In this document: positions 20,163 to 29,883 of the stretch, in pieces | Layout: every line of letters begins with the position of its first letter | How positions within the stretch are numbered: position 1 is the stretch's first letter | DNA from: Bacteroidota bacterium | Lineage (GTDB): Bacteria > Bacteroidota > Bacteroidia > Bacteroidales > DYOH01 | DNA: 60,984 nt | Direction of reading: 5' to 3' | Assembly (NCBI GenBank): GCA_020048155.1 | Contig: JAIFMY010000061.1 | Location: forward strand, 1-60,984 | Notes under the pieces: model-generated | Told to the model about the DNA's origin: nothing | Seen by the model: the letters and a program-made list of their open reading frames with translations, nothing else | Databases searched by the model: none | Translations under genes and position numbers: made by a program

Positions 20163-21623
20163 ATGAGCTCAATTAAAAATTTAGCACCTCAACTGGTTTG
20201 GAAATATTTCTACGAAATAACCCAGATACCGCGCCCATCGAAGCGCGAAGAAAAAATAACCGATTACTTGGTCGGTTTTGCAAAAGAACATAAGTTGCCT
20301 GTAAAAGTTGACAAAATGATGAATGTGCTCATTTCGAAGCCAGCTACACCAGGTTATGAGCATTTGGCTACCGCTATATTGCAGAACCACACCGATATGG
20401 TATGTGAAAAAAATAGCGATTACAATTTCGATTTTCTTACTCAACCCATTGAAACATATATAGATGGTGAATGGGTAAAAGCAAAAGGAACAACTTTGGG
20501 CGCCGACAACGGTATAGGTGCTTCAATGGCACTGGCCATACTCGCCGATGATACCATAGAGCATGGCCCAATAGAAGCTCTATTTACAAGTGACGAAGAA
20601 ACGGGGCTTACTGGTGCAAAAAACTTAGAACAAGGTTTTGTTACGGGCAAGTATTTGCTCAACCTCGATAGCGAAGATGAAGGTGAGATATTCATAGGAT
20701 GCGCAGGAGGTATTGATACACTTGGTTTTTTTCCGGTAGCATACACCCATGCGCCCGACAACTACTATTTTGCTGCCATCAGCATAAGTGGGCTATTGGG
20801 TGGACATAGTGGCGACGATATTCACAAAGGACATGCAAATGCCAATAAGTTGCTTGGTCGGTTTTTATATTTGGTTTCCTTGCAAATGCCTGTAGTTATT
20901 TCCGAAATAAAAGGAGGGAATATTCGGAATGCGATACCACGCGAGGCTTATGCAGTAGTAGGAGTAGAAATGAATAAAAAGGAAAAGCTCAGAGAACTCA
21001 TTAATCGATTTGCCGCTGCGGCTGAAGAAGAGTTCAGAGCCACCGAAGCATCACTTTCTGTAGCTATGCAAACGGAAGATGCCAGAACTGAAATATTTAG
21101 TCCACAGCTTACCCAATCTATCATCATGCTTATGCAGGCTATGCCAAACGGAGTGTTGGCTATGAGTTTCAATATGCCCAATTTAGTGGAAACCTCTACC
21201 AACTTTGCCTCGGTAAAACTAAACAATAACCAAGAGCTTGAGTTTGTAACTTCGCAGCGCAGTTCGCTGGAGCAAAGCAAAATAAATGCAGCGTATACCG
21301 TTGAAAGCATCATGAAAATGGCAGGTGCGCAAGTAAAACATTCTGAAGGTTATCCGGGATGGAATCCGAATCCAACATCTGAAATTGTAAAAGTATCAGC
21401 TCGTGTGTATGAAGAAATATTTGGCGAAGTGCCAAAAATTAAAGCCATACACGCAGGTTTGGAATGTGGTTTGCTACTTGAAAAGTACAACTGGCTAGAT
21501 ATGGTTTCCATTGGTCCTACCATCAAAGGTGCTCATTCTCCCGACGAAAGAGTGAACATAAAGAGTGTTGAAAATTTTTGGAAATATTTGCTTGCCATTC
21601 TTAAACAAATTCCGAACAATTAA
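20163..21623 (+). CDS. pepD: Aminoacyl-histidine dipeptidase (M20C)
   Basis: IPRPSKRE, LQNHTDMV, TTLGADNGIG, TSDEETG, NLDSEDEG, GGHSG, IHAGLECG, HSPDE. Confidence 0.95.
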   Translation: MSSIKNLAPQLVWKYFYEITQIPRPSKREEKITDYLVGFAKEHKLPVKVDKMMNVLISKPATPGYEHLATAILQNHTDMVCEKNSDYNFDFLTQPIETYIDGEWVKAKGTTLGADNGIGASMALAILADDTIEHGPIEALFTSDEETGLTGAKNLEQGFVTGKYLLNLDSEDEGEIFIGCAGGIDTLGFFPVAYTHAPDNYYFAAISISGLLGGHSGDDIHKGHANANKLLGRFLYLVSLQMPVVISEIKGGNIRNAIPREAYAVVGVEMNKKEKLRELINRFAAAAEEEFRATEASLSVAMQTEDARTEIFSPQLTQSIIMLMQAMPNGVLAMSFNMPNLVETSTNFASVKLNNNQELEFVTSQRSSLEQSKINAAYTVESIMKMAGAQVKHSEGYPGWNPNPTSEIVKVSARVYEEIFGEVPKIKAIHAGLECGLLLEKYNWLDMVSIGPTIKGAHSPDERVNIKSVENFWKYLLAILKQIPNN

Positions 21624-21627
21624 CGTT

Positions 21628-21661
21628 AAAAAGAATATCAGTTTGTTGTTGATATCTTTTT
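21628..21661 (+). terminator. Weak hairpin/terminator after pepD
   Basis: AAAAAG-A-ATATCA / TGATAT-CTTTTT with a 9-nt loop. Confidence 0.4.
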
Positions 21662-21679
21662 ACCAATCGCTCTCGAAAT

Positions 21680-23305
21680 ATGAAAAAAGGCAAAATCTTT
21701 TACGCTGTCAGTATTTCATTTATGCTACTATTCTCTGGTATGGAGACACAAGCTCAGCATTTCAATGACAAATTATTTTCGGTACTCAGGTACATCAATG
21801 CACACTATGTAGATACTGTAAGCGAAGATGTGCTTGTAGAAGAAGCCATAAAAGCCATGCTTAAGCAGCTAGATCCTCATTCAGTATATTTCGACAAGTC
21901 GCAGGTGAAAGATATCAACAACCGCCTGATGGGGCAATTTGAAGGTGTAGGTCTGCACTACGACTTCCTGCGAGACAGCCTCATCATCATTTCAGTGGTA
22001 AAAGGTGGCCCATCAGACAAAGCCGGCATACTGCCACTCGACCGCATAGTTAAAGCAGATACTGCCAAACTTCTTGGTGCCAATCTGAACCTCAAATACA
22101 TCAAGCTTTTGCTCCAAGGTAAAAAAGGAAGTGTATTGAAAGTGCAGGTAAAAAGACCCGGAGTGACCGAACTGCTCGATTTTGAAATTTTCCGCGATGT
22201 GATTCCTATTCCGAGCATAGACTGTGCCTATATGGCCGACACCATCACCGGATATATACGCATAAACCGGTTTGCTGCAAATACAGTTTCAGAATTTAAT
22301 ATGCATATTGAGAAGCTCAGGGCGCAGGGTATGGAGCAACTGGTGCTCGATTTGCGCGACAATGGCGGCGGGCTGCTCGATGCATCGCTGCAGATGGCCG
22401 ACCAGTTTCTGGACAATGATAAGCTTATAGTATATTTCGAAGGCAAAAATGTTTCGCGCACTCTGTACAAATCTTCGGTGCCCGGAAATGTTGAAAAAGG
22501 AAAAGTTCTGGTATTGGTGAATGAAAACTCGGCTTCAGCATCCGAAATTTTAGCCGGTGCCATTCAAGACTGGGATCGAGGTATCATAGCCGGACGCCGC
22601 TCATACGGCAAGGGTCTTATACAGCGCCCATTCAATTTGCCCGATGGCAGCATGGTACGTATTACAACTGCCAGATACTTTACCCCTAGCGGCAGATCCA
22701 TTCAAAAACCTTATGGAAAAGACTTCAATGAATATGAGCTAGACCTGGCACATCGCATGCAAAGTGGCGAGTATGAAGACCAAACTAAATACAACAACAC
22801 AGATACACTGAAGCATCTTACAAAGCTAAACCAGCGTGTAGTTTTTGGCGGAGGTGGCATATGGCCCGATATATTTATTCCTATAGATTCTTCAAGGTTT
22901 ACACAGTTTCACCGTCAGTTTTTAAGCAGAAATATATTGAATAAATTTGTTTTTCAATACTTTAACGACAATCATGCATATCTGAACCGAAATTTTAAAA
23001 CTTTCAACGAATATTCACAAAGATTTGATTTCACTTCAGATGATAGTATTCAATATTTAAATATGGCCAGAGCAGAGTTTGCCAATACTGGATACGCTAG
23101 CACCTTTGATGCTTGCTGGCAACAAAGTTCCGAGAAGATTCTGATTCAAACTAAGGCTCAACTTGCCAGGTTTCTTTGGAGTTTAAATGAATATCACATG
23201 TACATGAATTTTACCGACCCGGATGTATGTAAAGCTCTGGATATCATCAACAATCAATCGCTCTATTACATCACGCTTAAAAGCATAACCAGCGAAAATG
23301 AATGA
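21680..23305 (+). CDS. S41 family C-terminal processing peptidase with PDZ domain
   Basis: LDPHS, PDZ (FEGVG...GGPSDKAGI), DLRDNGGG, catalytic ASASEI and GKG, ARYFTPSGRSIQKPY. Confidence 0.93.
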   Translation: MKKGKIFYAVSISFMLLFSGMETQAQHFNDKLFSVLRYINAHYVDTVSEDVLVEEAIKAMLKQLDPHSVYFDKSQVKDINNRLMGQFEGVGLHYDFLRDSLIIISVVKGGPSDKAGILPLDRIVKADTAKLLGANLNLKYIKLLLQGKKGSVLKVQVKRPGVTELLDFEIFRDVIPIPSIDCAYMADTITGYIRINRFAANTVSEFNMHIEKLRAQGMEQLVLDLRDNGGGLLDASLQMADQFLDNDKLIVYFEGKNVSRTLYKSSVPGNVEKGKVLVLVNENSASASEILAGAIQDWDRGIIAGRRSYGKGLIQRPFNLPDGSMVRITTARYFTPSGRSIQKPYGKDFNEYELDLAHRMQSGEYEDQTKYNNTDTLKHLTKLNQRVVFGGGGIWPDIFIPIDSSRFTQFHRQFLSRNILNKFVFQYFNDNHAYLNRNFKTFNEYSQRFDFTSDDSIQYLNMARAEFANTGYASTFDACWQQSSEKILIQTKAQLARFLWSLNEYHMYMNFTDPDVCKALDIINNQSLYYITLKSITSENE

Positions 23306-23897
23306 TGCACTGAATTGGTTCCTGAATCATAAATTGGAATTAGCAGGCACCATAAGCGGGTTTATTTACATATTCTTATCAATACGTGCCTCCATATGGC
23401 TATGGTTCGTCGGATTCATTACATCGGCGGCTTATATATTCGTTTTTTATCAATCGGGGTTTTATGCAGATATGGCTTTGCAAATATATTACATCATTAT
23501 CAGCGTATATGGGTGGATTCGCTGGCGATATTACAAAGCCGATATTTCAGAAGAACGCCCAGTTGTATATTCTACTGCTCAGCAGCATGTGATTTACCTT
23601 TCGCTTACAATTTTGGGCACATTAGCAATTGGCTATTTTTTAGACACTTACACCAACTCATCGGTACCCTACCAAGATGCATTCACCACAGCAGGCTCAA
23701 TAGTGGGTACGTATATGCTTACAGAAAAACAAATTGACAACTGGATTTATTGGATAATAGTAGATGCATACTCAGTATACCTCTACGCTCAAAAAGACTT
23801 ATATAGCACGGCCATACTTTATACAGTATATACATGTATGGCCTTTATAGGATATGTACAATGGAGAAAAAAAATGAATCCGGCATTGCTCGCATAG
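23298..23897 (+). CDS. pnuC: Nicotinamide riboside transporter PnuC
   Basis: Hydrophobic; LYADMALQIYY, YGWIRW, DAFTT, NWIYWIIVD. Adjacent to a NadR-like kinase. Confidence 0.9.
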   Translation: MNDALNWFLNHKLELAGTISGFIYIFLSIRASIWLWFVGFITSAAYIFVFYQSGFYADMALQIYYIIISVYGWIRWRYYKADISEERPVVYSTAQQHVIYLSLTILGTLAIGYFLDTYTNSSVPYQDAFTTAGSIVGTYMLTEKQIDNWIYWIIVDAYSVYLYAQKDLYSTAILYTVYTCMAFIGYVQWRKKMNPALLA

Positions 23898-24397
23898 TAC
23901 TTATAGGCGCCGAATCTACGGGGAAAAGCACCCTTACTGCGCATTTGGCAGAAAAACTTGGAATACCAGCTATACAAGAGTATGCCAGGCTTTATATAGA
24001 AGCCCTTGCAGGCCATTATACGGAAGAAGATGTAAAGCACATTGCAAAATGGCAAATGAAAGAAGAGTCAAAATATTTGGAGTGCAGAAAATTGTATATA
24101 GCTGATACAGATGTGCTCATTACACAAATCTGGCTTGAACAAAAATACGGAACTCAATGTCCAGAAATAGAAAGTTGGATACTGAAACAACAAAAACATT
24201 CATTATATTTGCTTTGCATTCCCGATTTAGAATGGGTATTAGACCATGTTCGTGAAAATGGAGGAGAAAACAGAATGAAACTACACCACATATACCTGCA
24301 GCGTTTGAAACTTTACAATCTTCGATTCGAAGAAGTTGGCGGCCACGGTGAAAGTCGCTTCGCAAAAGCATATGAAATAATAAAAAAAATAATTTAA
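23861..24397 (+). CDS. NadR-like P-loop kinase (AAA_28; probable ribosylnicotinamide kinase)
   Basis: GAESTGKSTL, EYARLY, DTD, PDLEWVLDHVRE. Overlaps the pnuC 3' end by 37 nt. Confidence 0.85.
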   Translation: MEKKNESGIARIVLIGAESTGKSTLTAHLAEKLGIPAIQEYARLYIEALAGHYTEEDVKHIAKWQMKEESKYLECRKLYIADTDVLITQIWLEQKYGTQCPEIESWILKQQKHSLYLLCIPDLEWVLDHVRENGGENRMKLHHIYLQRLKLYNLRFEEVGGHGESRFAKAYEIIKKII

Positions 24398-24402
24398 TTT
24401 TG
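24395..24402 (+). promoter_or_regulatory. -7 box for the THUMP methyltransferase gene
   Basis: TAATTTTG, 31 nt upstream of the TTG start. Confidence 0.55.
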
Positions 24403-24433
24403 CACCCCTGAGAAAATAACAAAGAAAGTATCC

Positions 24434-25588
24434 TTGAAAACATATATCGCAAAAACATTTCATGGCCTGGAAGAGGTTCTTGCCCAAGAACTCGAAATAC
24501 TGGGCGCCAACAATATAAGCTACCTCAGGCGCGCTATCAGGTTCGATGGCGATCAAGCACTGATGTATGCCACTAACCTTTATGTACGCACAGCCCTGCA
24601 AATTCTGGAGGAGTTGGTTTCCTTTGAGGCAGAAACACTGGAAGAAATATATGAACATGCCAGTAAGATTGAATGGAATAGCATAATGAATGTGAAACAA
24701 ACTTTTTCGATTGAAGTAGTGGCACACTCTAAAACTTTTTCACGAAACAATTTGCTTATTTTAAAGTTAAAGGATGCCATAGCCGACTATTTCAGAGAGA
24801 GTACCGGAAAACGACCATCGGTAGACCTAGATAATCCAGACATAAATCTGCACATGTATGTGCACGACAATCAAGTGAGTATACTACTAAATACTAGTGG
24901 TAGTCAGTTATTTAAGCGAAACTACAAAACAGAATCCAATGCAAATGATATAAACGAAGTATTGGCCGCCGGGTTATTGGCACTTAGCGGATGGACTCCA
25001 GACGTACCCTTATACAACCCATATTGCGGAAATGGCACTATTGCCATAGAAGCAGCAATGATAGCAACCAATATGGCGCCGGGTTTGCTGCGCACGCATT
25101 ATGGATTCATGAATTTTGCTAATTACGATGATGATTTGTGGCAAGATACCATCAACCAAGCCATCACGCAGTGCACCAGAAGCGCCATAAACATTGTAGC
25201 CACCGAGTTGCACGAACCCACTCTGCAAATTGCCAAAAACAATGCCCGCAATGCTCGACTTACAGATACAATCATATTTCGTAACGATGATTTTCTGGTA
25301 AATAAGTACCCCCATGAAAAGGGAAGCCTTATCATGGATATGCCCGTAAAACTGCTAGATGATGACCAAGAAGATGTTGAATTTTATACCCAAGTAGGCG
25401 AAACCCTCAAAAAGTTCTATAAAGGTTCAACTGCAAGTATACTCATTTACAGCGAACAAACATCCAAGTACCTAGAACTTAAACCAGCAGCCAGATATTC
25501 GTTATTCAATGGAAACCTGAAGTGTAATTTTCAGAAATACTACTTATATCAGCAATCAAAAAATGAGCAAACAGCCAATTTGTTGTAA
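24434..25588 (+). CDS. THUMP-domain RlmL/RlmKL-like RNA methyltransferase homolog with degenerate catalytic motifs
   Basis: AKTFHGLEEVLAQEL, KLKDAIADYFR, RPSVD, NEVLAAG, LFNGNLKC. Motif I reads NPYCGNGT and motif IV reads DMPVK instead of NPPYG. Confidence 0.85.
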   Translation: MKTYIAKTFHGLEEVLAQELEILGANNISYLRRAIRFDGDQALMYATNLYVRTALQILEELVSFEAETLEEIYEHASKIEWNSIMNVKQTFSIEVVAHSKTFSRNNLLILKLKDAIADYFRESTGKRPSVDLDNPDINLHMYVHDNQVSILLNTSGSQLFKRNYKTESNANDINEVLAAGLLALSGWTPDVPLYNPYCGNGTIAIEAAMIATNMAPGLLRTHYGFMNFANYDDDLWQDTINQAITQCTRSAINIVATELHEPTLQIAKNNARNARLTDTIIFRNDDFLVNKYPHEKGSLIMDMPVKLLDDDQEDVEFYTQVGETLKKFYKGSTASILIYSEQTSKYLELKPAARYSLFNGNLKCNFQKYYLYQQSKNEQTANLL

Positions 25589-25649
25589 AATATTTTGAAA
25601 AATGCCAATAATAGCTTAAAATTGAAGCGAAAATTTATAATAAAAATTA

Positions 25650-25657
25650 TACATTTG
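25650..25657 (+). promoter_or_regulatory. -7 box for siaB
   Basis: TACATTTG, 55 nt upstream of the GTG start. Confidence 0.5.
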
Positions 25658-25712
25658 TACAAATACAATTGAACTGCATTATACACTAATACCATCTTAA
25701 AAAAAGAAACTG

Positions 25713-26264
25713 GTGACACCATTCGACCTACAACAATGGATTGATAAAACCACACAAGGAGAAGTATTTGCAACATACAAAGGCGCAATTACTGCTGATT
25801 TGATTTCAAATATACTGAACCTGATAGAAAATAAGCTTGAAGGAATGAATGAAGACCTGAAAGTGAAAAAAAAAGTGTTCAATGTATTGGTTGAATCATT
25901 ACAAAACTTGTATCATCACATAGATGAACCACCAGCGGAAGAAGAACTAGACAGAAATTTTGCTATTTTCATACTCTCTAAAGCAGATGGTAGATACAAA
26001 ATCTCTACGGGTAATTTTGTAAGACACGATAGAATTAAAATGCTGCGCGACAGAATGGACCAAATCAACTACCTATCTCGTGACGAACTCAAATCGTTGT
26101 ATAAACTTATTCTCAACAACGAAGAGTTCTCTGATAAAGGTGGTGGAGGATTGGGCATGATTGATATTGCTAGAAAAGCCGGGAACAAATTGAATTACAA
26201 TTTTTATCCCTACAACGAAAAATATTCATTCTTTAGTCTTGATGTAATTGTTTCAGATTTTTAA
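25713..26264 (+). CDS. siaB: SiaB-family protein kinase (DUF6272, GHKL-like)
   Basis: KKKVFNVLVESLQNLYHH (N-box-like), ISTGNFV, GGGGLGMIDIARK; directly upstream of a SiaC homolog. Confidence 0.85.
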   Translation: MTPFDLQQWIDKTTQGEVFATYKGAITADLISNILNLIENKLEGMNEDLKVKKKVFNVLVESLQNLYHHIDEPPAEEELDRNFAIFILSKADGRYKISTGNFVRHDRIKMLRDRMDQINYLSRDELKSLYKLILNNEEFSDKGGGGLGMIDIARKAGNKLNYNFYPYNEKYSFFSLDVIVSDF

Positions 26265-26269
26265 CTTTG
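26262..26269 (+). promoter_or_regulatory. Internal -7 box for siaC overlapping the siaB stop codon
   Basis: TAACTTTG; its TAA is the siaB stop codon; 23 nt upstream of the siaC ATG. Confidence 0.45.
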
Positions 26270-26292
26270 TAACTCAATAAATAATATAAAGC

Positions 26293-26676
26293 ATGGAGCC
26301 ACTTTCAATAGAAGGAACGCCCAAAACGCCGACTGTAATTTTGGATGCCGAAAAAGGGAAAATAGAGATAAAAGGTCGTTCTATCCCTGAGAATTCTATC
26401 GAGTTCTATAAACCCGTAGTAGATTGGCTTGAAAAATATTCGAGTGAAGGGCCGAAAAAAACTACAGAAGTCATCATTCAGCTTGAATATTTCAATACAA
26501 GCTCGTCGAAGTGCATTTTAGATGTTTTTAAAAAACTCGAAGGAGTGCATAAAAACGACAATGAGGTGGTGATAAACTGGTATTATGAAGAAGACGACGA
26601 AGATATGCTCGAAGCCGGCGAAGATTATCAGTCGATTCTGAAAATACCTTTCAAAATGATTGAAATAGAAGATTAA
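26293..26676 (+). CDS. siaC: SiaC-family phospho-switch protein (DUF1987)
   Basis: TPKTPTV, KGRSIPEN, LEYFNTSSSK with conserved Thr69, VINWYYEEDDEDMLEAGEDY. Confidence 0.9.
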   Translation: MEPLSIEGTPKTPTVILDAEKGKIEIKGRSIPENSIEFYKPVVDWLEKYSSEGPKKTTEVIIQLEYFNTSSSKCILDVFKKLEGVHKNDNEVVINWYYEEDDEDMLEAGEDYQSILKIPFKMIEIED

Positions 26677-26720
26677 TCGTTTGAGAGATTTCTGCCCGAT
26701 CCGGGCATTTTACAAAACAT

Positions 26721-26766
26721 AAAAGAACCGCTAGAGTTTAGATTATCTGAACTGTACGGTTTTTTT
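26721..26766. terminator. Bidirectional intrinsic terminator between siaC and the ABCG-like gene
   Basis: AAAAGAACCG...AGTTTAGAT / ATCTGAACT...CGGTTTTTTT with A- and T-tracts on either side. Confidence 0.7.
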
Positions 26767-29700
26767 ATTTATCCAATTTTTCCTTCAATCGTATGTTTAT
26801 GCGGTCTATCCCATCAACTATAAGCGAAAGTATTCTAAACTGCAGCATAAAATATAACATGGCAGAAAAAAGCCAAATCACAAGTACATTCACCCAGTAA
26901 GTATGAAGCGCAAACCCAAATATCTTTTTCTGTGGTGCATAGAAATGTGCTTTTATCATGCTATGATCGGGAACTTGAAATACAGGATCTGTTTTTTGGT
27001 ACAAATGCTGCTTGTATTCAATAATACTAATCAACTCATCTGAGTTAGTTACAAAATCATTCAGCCTTTCATTATAATGCTCTCGCTTCAACTTCAGGAA
27101 CTCTTCGCTTCGTACCTTGTCAGATTCTATTTCTGTGATGATTGCATCCTTGCTTTTGCGTGCTAAGTTATTCATATTTATGTAATGCTTTTTCAATAAC
27201 ATAAAATATGCCTCCACACTCTGCAAGGCAGTGCTCGAAACCTTGTCGTGGTAAAGAAGAGATAAATCAAGTTTCTTGCTATAATTCACCTGCAATTCTT
27301 TTTCAAGCTCATTTCTTATAAGTTCCAAATCGGAGATAACCTCTTCTTTTTTATCCGGATTTTTATAATTCCGTTCTATTTCAGTAAGTTTATTCTCAAG
27401 CGTCTTTAGCCAGTAATTCTTTTTATACTCGGCTATGCTCATTTGCTTATCTAGCTCATAAAACTGTTGTTCATAGTCATTAGACATAAACTGATAAACT
27501 GCCAGCGCTTCATATGCCCATCTGGCCGTGATTATTTCACCATAAATGGGAATACTGTTTGGAGATGAAATATTAGGATTTAGTTTATCATACTTTACAA
27601 TAATACCGCTCAGTATTATTTGAGGAATGATGAGAAACGGTATAAGAATATGAATAGTGACCGAGGTTTGAAAAGAATCGGAAATATTGAGCCCCAAAAT
27701 ATTGGCAAATGCCCAAACAGAAAACAGTACCAACCAGTATTCTAAGTACATCCCCTTTATTTCGAGTATCGAGTTGCCTATAATTACAAAAACTAAGGAT
27801 TGAAACGCAGATAAAGTAAAAAGGATAAATATTTTAGACCATAAATAACTTGTACGGCTGAGATGTAGAAATTGCTCTCGCTTCAATATACGCCGGTCCT
27901 TTATGATTTCCTGAGCACTGACTGTAAGTCCAATAAAGAGCGCCACTATAACCGCCATAAACAAATATACCGGAAGATTGCTATTCTCCATGAGGGTATA
28001 GCCATATTGGTTTCCGGCATCTACATTGTAGTACTTGATTATGTATGAAAGAATAAAAGCCAATAAAGGAGATTCTATCAGGTTGATGAATAAATATTGC
28101 TTATTCGCAAGTTTAGCAAGTACATCCCTTGTTACAAAAACCCAAAATTGCCTGATTGCATTAGGAATTTTGAAACTAAGTTCGGGCAAATCTCTAACCA
28201 ATACAGACTTACGCCGCTCATTTCGGGTGTAGTCCAAAAAATACTGATGCCATTCTTTAGGTGAGACTTTCCTGGTTTTGGTAAAATGCCCATACTCATC
28301 TATTACTTTGGCTTCAACTATATTGAAAATTTGTTCAGGGTTGACATTTCCACAGGTATGGCATTCACTTTCACTCCAGTTGGCCTGATGTATTCGGGAT
28401 TTGAAGTAAATAATAGAGTCAACCGGATCGCCATTGTATATCAGAAAACCAGCCTGATCCAGTAGCAGAAGCCTGTCGAACATTTTAAAAATATCGGACG
28501 ATGGCTGATGTATAACCACAAATACCAATTTCCCTTTAAGAGCAAGCTCTTTCAGAAGGTCAAGTATATTCTCAGAATCGCGTGAAGATAGGCCACTTGT
28601 AGGCTCATCCAAAAATAAAACAGCCGGTTCACGAATGAGTTCGAGTGCTATATTTAAACGTTTGCGTTGTCCACCACTAATTTTTTTATTAAGCGGATTG
28701 CCCACTTTCATATCCTTTATTTCATACAATCCCAGGTTTTGAAGTACTTTTACTACAGACCTTAGAATCTGAAAATGAGTATAATTACTAAAACAAAGTT
28801 TGGCATTGTAGTACAAGTTTTCAAAAACAGTGAGGTCTTCAATCAGGAGGTCGTCTTGGGACACATGCCCAATAAGACCTTCTATTTTATGTGGTTCCTT
28901 GTGAATATTCACCCCATTAATGAGCACTTCGCCATGGTTGGGCTTCTCAGAACCATTAAGTACATTGAGCAGAGTAGACTTTCCGGTACCACTTGCGCCC
29001 ATGATTCCAATTAGTTTGCCCGATTTTTCAACAAAAGAGATATTGTGTAAACCAACTTTTCCACCTTTAAACGTATAGTGAATATTGTTGGCCTCGAGTA
29101 CAACCCTTGGTTTGCTGATATCAAGCGAAAAATTGCCAACAATATCGCTGTAGTATATAGGTTTAAGTTGCGGGCTACGAATAGAACTACCACTGGAAAT
29201 AAGATAAACCTTATTATCCTGAAGCAATTGTCCGTTGAGATACAATTCGCTTTCGCTTACAAAGCGCATAAGATAAATACTCGAAATATCAATTTTGAGC
29301 ACCCTAATTTGGCCTTTAAAGCTGTCTACGAAAATACGTTTTACTTTGCGCTGTCCTGTAATATGTTGATTAGAATCTATCACCAATAAGTTTTCCCAAT
29401 CAGGAGTAAAAACAAAATTATCAACCACAAAGGTTTTAATTTGTTCGAAAGTGATGCGATCAATATTGAAAGTATCTGAAACCGTAGTTACAAACTCGTT
29501 TTCTTGTTCAGGTATTTCGCCTACAGTAGTTACAAACTCAATAAGACGCACCAGAACTATAATTTTTTCTTTCTGGGTAAGTTCCTGATTTATGACAGTG
29601 GCAATCATTATCACCTTTACCGAGCTGGCAGCTAAACGTTTGCGTTGTTTAGTCTCAGATCCTTGCCGCTTTTGGTACTGATCGAAAAAGCCATCAAACA

Positions 29701-29845
29701 TGGACAGATAATTCTCAATCAGTTCTTGGTTTAATTGTTGTTTCAAGAAGGAACGAACCACTTCTTTACGCTCATCGGCATTGCTATCCGGCTTGGCCAA
29801 AATAGCAAATAGTTGCATCAAAGCTTTAAGGATACGTTCGCTCAT
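26765..29845 (-). CDS. ABCG/White-type half transporter with N-terminal TerB-like and FHA-like domains and a large periplasmic loop
   Basis: GASGTGKST, ISGGQRKRLNIALEL, LFLDEPTSGL, IHQPSSDIFKMFDRLLLL, CHTCGNVNPEQIF. NBD precedes the TMD. Helical N-terminus ending EQENEFVTTVSDTFNI. Confidence 0.88.
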   Translation of the reverse strand: MSERILKALMQLFAILAKPDSNADERKEVVRSFLKQQLNQELIENYLSMFDGFFDQYQKRQGSETKQRKRLAASSVKVIMIATVINQELTQKEKIIVLVRLIEFVTTVGEIPEQENEFVTTVSDTFNIDRITFEQIKTFVVDNFVFTPDWENLLVIDSNQHITGQRKVKRIFVDSFKGQIRVLKIDISSIYLMRFVSESELYLNGQLLQDNKVYLISSGSSIRSPQLKPIYYSDIVGNFSLDISKPRVVLEANNIHYTFKGGKVGLHNISFVEKSGKLIGIMGASGTGKSTLLNVLNGSEKPNHGEVLINGVNIHKEPHKIEGLIGHVSQDDLLIEDLTVFENLYYNAKLCFSNYTHFQILRSVVKVLQNLGLYEIKDMKVGNPLNKKISGGQRKRLNIALELIREPAVLFLDEPTSGLSSRDSENILDLLKELALKGKLVFVVIHQPSSDIFKMFDRLLLLDQAGFLIYNGDPVDSIIYFKSRIHQANWSESECHTCGNVNPEQIFNIVEAKVIDEYGHFTKTRKVSPKEWHQYFLDYTRNERRKSVLVRDLPELSFKIPNAIRQFWVFVTRDVLAKLANKQYLFINLIESPLLAFILSYIIKYYNVDAGNQYGYTLMENSNLPVYLFMAVIVALFIGLTVSAQEIIKDRRILKREQFLHLSRTSYLWSKIFILFTLSAFQSLVFVIIGNSILEIKGMYLEYWLVLFSVWAFANILGLNISDSFQTSVTIHILIPFLIIPQIILSGIIVKYDKLNPNISSPNSIPIYGEIITARWAYEALAVYQFMSNDYEQQFYELDKQMSIAEYKKNYWLKTLENKLTEIERNYKNPDKKEEVISDLELIRNELEKELQVNYSKKLDLSLLYHDKVSSTALQSVEAYFMLLKKHYINMNNLARKSKDAIITEIESDKVRSEEFLKLKREHYNERLNDFVTNSDELISIIEYKQHLYQKTDPVFQVPDHSMIKAHFYAPQKKIFGFALHTYWVNVLVIWLFSAMLYFMLQFRILSLIVDGIDRINIRLKEKLDK

Positions 29846-29883
29846 GAAAAAACCTTATATTTTTAAAATCAGAATGATAGACG

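Noticed and set aside
23200-23300. Riboswitch-controlled thiamine (PnuT) transporter
   Set aside because: pnuC overlaps the upstream CDS, leaving no leader, and its partner is a NadR-like kinase.
29100-29300. FHA-like segment reading phospho-Thr on neighbouring SiaC
   Set aside because: Only the C-terminal pattern (LYLNG...L..GS.I) is visible; the GR, SxxH and NG phosphopeptide-binding residues are not. Kept only as a fold resemblance.
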